Positions 26,824 through 32,000 of a DNA stretch of 32,000 nt are shown piece by piece. Where the stretch lies: assembly GCF_000284115.1 (NCBI RefSeq), contig NC_017080.1, positions 2,310,001 through 2,342,000 of the forward strand. The letters run 5' to 3'. Position 1 is the first letter of the stretch; each line of letters begins with the position of its first letter. Origin of the DNA: Phycisphaera mikurensis NBRC 102666 (GTDB taxonomy: Bacteria > Planctomycetota > Phycisphaerae > Phycisphaerales > Phycisphaeraceae). Below the pieces are notes generated by a model. It made no database searches and was not told the DNA's origin. It saw nothing but the letters and a program-made list of their open reading frames with translations. The translations under genes and the position numbers were made by a program.

Positions 26824-27288
26824 GTGAGCGTCGCCGCCGAGACCGTCCTGCTCCGGCACGCGCAGCGGGGCGACAGCCACCTCGACTGGATGATCGACCT
26901 GCCCGACGGCACCGACACGCTGCGGACCTTCCGCTGCGCCGCGGCCTGGAGCGACTTCGACCGGCTCGGCCGGGTCGGCCTGCTCGGGCTCGCCCCCCAC
27001 CGCCGCGCCTGGCTCACCCGGCAGGGCCGCCCCCGCGGCCCCCGCTCCGCCGGCCGCGGCCGGGTCCTCCGCCTCGCCCGCGGCACCGCCGAGGTCGAGC
27101 ACGCCGATTGCCACGGCTTCCACCTGCGCCTCGCCTGGCCGGCCGGTCCGGGCCACGCCGCCGGCGCCTTCCGCGGCCGCGTGGTCCGCCTGCACCGCGA
27201 GCGCTTCGAGTTCCTCCGCGACGACCACGAGCCACCCGCCCCGCACGCCGGCCGCTTCCTGCGGGCGACGCCCCCCGGCGGCCGATAA
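26824..27288 (+). CDS. Small protein distantly resembling the LigD 3'-phosphoesterase domain
   Basis: VLLRHAQRGDSHLDWMIDLPDG...LAPHRRAWLTRQGRPRG...GRGRVLRLARGTAEV resembles the RHxxxxxHxDxxL ... G..GxVxxxxxG layout. GTG start. Confidence 0.65.
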   Translation: MSVAAETVLLRHAQRGDSHLDWMIDLPDGTDTLRTFRCAAAWSDFDRLGRVGLLGLAPHRRAWLTRQGRPRGPRSAGRGRVLRLARGTAEVEHADCHGFHLRLAWPAGPGHAAGAFRGRVVRLHRERFEFLRDDHEPPAPHAGRFLRATPPGGR

Positions 27289-27295
27289 CCCCGCC

Positions 27296-28321
27296 GTGTC
27301 CGACGTCCTCGATCAAAGCGAAGTCGACGCCCTGCTGGCGTCGGTCGAGTCGGTGGAGGACGAGAACGCCGGCTGGGAGGGCGGCACGACCCTGCTCCAC
27401 TCCCGCCGGCTCGGTGGCGTGGTCGAAGCGGACCTGGAGGTCCGCGGCTACGACTTCAAGCGGCCCGAGCGCGTCAGCAAAGAGCAGATGCGCTCGCTGG
27501 AACACCTCCACGAGGTCTTCGCCCGCGCCTTCGGCGCCCAGCTCTCCGGCTTCCTGCGCTCGATCGTCGAGTGCCGCGTCGCCCGGACCGAGCAGATGAC
27601 CTTCGCGGAGTTCACGCACGCGCTGCCCAACCCCACCTGCTTCAACCTGCTGGAGGCCGAGGCGCTCTCGGGCAGCTTCTGCCTCGAGGTCAGCCCGCTG
27701 GTCGTCTACCCGGTCATCGACCGGCTGCTCGGCGGCGGCGGCGGCTCCGACCTGTTCATCCCCCAGCGACCGCTCACCGCCATCGAGCAGCGGCTCGTCG
27801 GCAAGCTGCTCGACCGCGCGGTGCCGTGCCTCCGGGAGGCGTGGTCGGGCGTGGTCGACGCCGATTTCCGCATCTCCGAGGCCGACAGCAACCCCGCGCT
27901 CGTGCAGATCGTTCCGCCCAACGAGGTCGTCGTGGTGATCAGCTTCGAGCTGCGCCTCGGCGAGCGGACCGGGACCATGGCGATGTGCATCCCCTACGCG
28001 GCCATCGAGCCGGTCATCGGCAACCTCAGCCAGAGCACCTACGGCGCGTACCAGCGTCAGGACGACACCGGCGAGCCCCGCCGCCGCTTGAGCCAGCACC
28101 TCGACAACGCCCGCCTGCCGCTCTCGGCGGTCCTCGCCCGCACCACCATCACGCTCGGAGAGCTGTCCAACCTCGAGGTCGGCGACGTGATCCTGACCGA
28201 CCAGCCCGCGGCGGGGCTGCTGCGCCTGCACGTCGGCGGCCGCAAGAAGCTCGCGGGGCGTCTCGCCCAGCACGAGGGCAAGCGGGCTTTCGTCATCGCC
28301 GACGCGCCCGCCGGACGGTGA
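27296..28321 (+). CDS. fliM: Flagellar motor switch protein FliM
   Basis: [17 protein letters not shown]-terminal CheY-binding-type motif; [28 protein letters not shown]; C-terminal [18 protein letters not shown]. Confidence 0.95.
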   Translation: MSDVLDQSEVDALLASVESVEDENAGWEGGTTLLHSRRLGGVVEADLEVRGYDFKRPERVSKEQMRSLEHLHEVFARAFGAQLSGFLRSIVECRVARTEQMTFAEFTHALPNPTCFNLLEAEALSGSFCLEVSPLVVYPVIDRLLGGGGGSDLFIPQRPLTAIEQRLVGKLLDRAVPCLREAWSGVVDADFRISEADSNPALVQIVPPNEVVVVISFELRLGERTGTMAMCIPYAAIEPVIGNLSQSTYGAYQRQDDTGEPRRRLSQHLDNARLPLSAVLARTTITLGELSNLEVGDVILTDQPAAGLLRLHVGGRKKLAGRLAQHEGKRAFVIADAPAGR

Positions 28322-28479
28322 CCGGCGGCCGGGGTGCGGGCCTCGGCGGCGCCGCGTGGAGCGTTCGCCGCCCGGGCCGCTCTGCCACAACGGCAGAAGG
28401 CTCCGCGGCCCCGGCGGAGAGAAGGCAGACGGAGCCGGATCCCGCGGGCCGCGACCGCGGCGGGAGCCGCTCCGGCGAG

Positions 28480-28495
28480 TGGCACACGGCTTGCA
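28480..28495 (+). promoter_or_regulatory. Candidate sigma-54 (-24/-12) promoter of groEL1
   Basis: TGGCAC-acggc-TTGCA: both core elements match at canonical 5-nt spacing; predicted start near 28507, about 60 nt before the groEL1 ATG. Confidence 0.65.
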
Positions 28496-28565
28496 ATCTT
28501 CGGGACCCGCGGGCTTGCCGTCCGCGGCCGAACCCGCACGCACCCTCCACCGGAGATCCACACCC

Positions 28566-30266
<1,701 letters not shown>

Positions 30267-30277
30267 CGCAGTCCAAC

Positions 30278-30323
30278 CCGCGGACCGTCGTCGCTGGCAA
30301 GCGAAAACGTCCACGGTCCGCGG
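30278..30323. other. Nested stem-loop between groEL1 and groES
   Basis: Perfect 11-nt arms CCGCGGACCGT (30278-30288) and ACGGTCCGCGG (30313-30323), enclosing an inner hairpin TCGCT-GGCA-AGCGA (30291-30304). Confidence 0.6.
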
Positions 30324-30388
30324 CGCTTTCCCGACCCGCTCCGGCGAATCCGACTTCAATCAGAACCAACTCCCACAGGAACGAACCC

Positions 30389-30709
30389 ATGGCCAAGAAG
30401 GCCCCCACCAAGACCAAGTCCACCACCCTCAACCCCCTCGACGACCGCGTGATCGTCCAGCCCCAAGAGGCCGAGGAGCGCACCGCCTCGGGCATCTACC
30501 TGCCCGAGGGCGCCAAGGAGAAGCCCCAGACCGGCACCATCCTCTCCGCCGGCCCCGGCAAGCGCGACGACGACGGCAAGCGCATCGCCATGAACGTCAA
30601 GAAGGGCGACACCGTCCTCTACGGCAAGTACAGCGGCACCGAGATCGAGATCGACGGCGACAAGCTGATGATCATGCGGGAGTCGGAGCTGCTCGGCGTG
30701 TACGAGTGA
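30389..30709 (+). CDS. groES: 10 kDa co-chaperonin GroES
   Basis: LNPLDDRVIVQPQEAEERTASGIYLPEGAKEKPQTGTILSAGPGKRD...GDTVLYGKYSGTEIEIDGDKLMIMRESELLGVYE. Confidence 0.97.
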   Translation: MAKKAPTKTKSTTLNPLDDRVIVQPQEAEERTASGIYLPEGAKEKPQTGTILSAGPGKRDDDGKRIAMNVKKGDTVLYGKYSGTEIEIDGDKLMIMRESELLGVYE

Positions 30710-30715
30710 GCAAGA

Positions 30716-30830
30716 GCGAAGAAGCGAAGAAGCGAAGAAGGGAGGAAGTCAGACAGCGGGCGTCGCTCGATGGACTTCCAAGCCTCACCTGCTGACTTCT
30801 CCGCTTCCCAACTTCTTCGCTTCTTCGCTT
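30716..30830. repeat. Imperfect long inverted repeat with tandem GCGAAGAA octamers between groES and groEL2
   Basis: GCGAAGAA x3 at 30716-30739; 19-nt perfect arms 30722-30740 / 30812-30830; inner 8-nt arms GAAGTCAG (30745-30752) / CTGACTTC (30792-30799). Confidence 0.75.
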
Positions 30831-30879
30831 GAGCGGCGCAGCCGCTGCCCCCCCACCACGAACCAAAGGAGCCAAAACC

Positions 30880-32000
30880 ATGGCAACCAAGCAAATGATC
30901 TTCGGCGCCGAAGCGCAGTCCGAACTCAGAAGCGGCCTCGAGAAGCTCGCCGCCGCCGTCAAGATCACGATGGGCCCCACCGGCCGCAACGTGATCCTCC
31001 AGAAGTCCTACGGCGGCCCCGCCGTCACCAAGGACGGCGTCTCCGTCGCCAAGGAAGTGGAGCTGGAGTCTCCCTTCGAGAACATGGGCGCGAAGATGGT
31101 CGTCGAGGTCGCCAAGAAGACCGGCGACAAGGCCGGCGACGGGACGACCACCTCGGTCGTCCTCGCCGAGGCGATCTACAAAGAGGGCCTGCGGCACGCG
31201 TCCGCGGGCGCGAACAGCGTCGCGCTGCAGCGCGGCATCAACGCCGCCGCCGAGGCCGCCAGCGAGGCGATCAAGGCGATGGCCACCAAGGTCTCCGGCC
31301 GCGACGACCTGGAGAAGGTCGCCACCGTCTCCGCCAACCACGACCGCCACATCGGCCGGCTGCTCGCCGAGGCGATCGACAAGGTCGGCCACGACGGCGT
31401 CGTCGAGATCGAGGAGGGCAAGACCGCCGAGACCGAGCTGGAGTACGTCGAGGGCATGCAGTTCGACAAGGGCTACCTGTCGCCCTACTTCATGACCGAC
31501 CCCAACCACGCCGAGGCGGTCCTGGAGGACACGCTGATCCTCGTCCACGAGAAGAAGATCAGCAACCTGCCCGACCTCCTGCCGCTGCTCAACAAGGTGG
31601 CGATGGCGCAGAAGCCCCTGCTCATCATCGCCGAGGACGTGGAGAACGAGGCCCTCGCGGCCCTGGTCGTCAACCGCCTCCGCGGCGTGCTCAAGGTCGC
31701 GGCCGTCAAGGCCCCCGGCTTCGGCGACCGCCGCAAGGCCATGCTCGGCGACATCGCCGCGCTCACCGGCGCGACCTTCATCTCCGAGGATCTGGGGATC
31801 CAGCTGGACAGCCTCGAGCTGGATCAGCTCGGCACCGCCCGCAAGGTGACCGTCGGCAAGGACAACACGACGATCATCGAGGGCGGCGGCAAGAAAGCCG
31901 ACGTCGACGGCCGCGTCAAGCAGATCCAGAAGCAGATCGAGACCACCACCAGCGACTACGACCGCGAGAAGCTCCAGGAGCGTCTCGCGAAGCTGACCGG
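30880..32000 (+). CDS. groEL2: 60 kDa chaperonin GroEL, copy 2 (3' truncated by window edge)
   Basis: [74 protein letters not shown]...[19 protein letters not shown]. Confidence 0.97.
   Translation, partial: MATKQMIFGAEAQSELRSGLEKLAAAVKITMGPTGRNVILQKSYGGPAVTKDGVSVAKEVELESPFENMGAKMVVEVAKKTGDKAGDGTTTSVVLAEAIYKEGLRHASAGANSVALQRGINAAAEAASEAIKAMATKVSGRDDLEKVATVSANHDRHIGRLLAEAIDKVGHDGVVEIEEGKTAETELEYVEGMQFDKGYLSPYFMTDPNHAEAVLEDTLILVHEKKISNLPDLLPLLNKVAMAQKPLLIIAEDVENEALAALVVNRLRGVLKVAAVKAPGFGDRRKAMLGDIAALTGATFISEDLGIQLDSLELDQLGTARKVTVGKDNTTIIEGGGKKADVDGRVKQIQKQIETTTSDYDREKLQERLAKLT

Noticed and set aside
28322-28565. CIRCE (TTAGCACTC-N9-GAGTGCTAA) element searched for upstream of groEL1
   Set aside because: Not found by eye in this region.

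Overview
High-GC chromosomal window with dense coding and many 4-8 nt gene overlaps. Gene content and protein style look planctomycete, probably Phycisphaerae (inference; no search was run). From left to right it contains: the 3' part of a conserved gene plus a Gly-rich membrane-anchored protein; a FAD-dependent amine-oxidase-like protein; a fused GT2 plus polytopic GT-C-like glycosyltransferase; a minus-strand polysaccharide block (GT2, MOP flippase, polysaccharide pyruvyl transferase); a three-gene HTTM-like membrane cassette; a Gfo/Idh/MocA oxidoreductase plus three glycosyltransferases; a two-gene coiled-coil cassette next to lexA; a hpnC-hpnD-hpnE-like squalene cluster; a TPR lipoprotein; a small protein distantly resembling the LigD phosphoesterase domain; fliM; and groEL1-groES-groEL2 (truncated by the window edge). 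The best leads are a near-perfect sigma-54 -24/-12 promoter upstream of groEL1, two GTTC-N7-GTTC (alphaproteobacterial-type) LexA-box candidates flanking lexA with one in front of the uncharacterised coiled-coil cassette, a cassette in which a soluble HTTM partner seems to occur both as a separate gene and as a fused domain, and large inverted repeats between the chaperonin genes. I saw no CRISPR array, tRNA/rRNA or convincing transposase.
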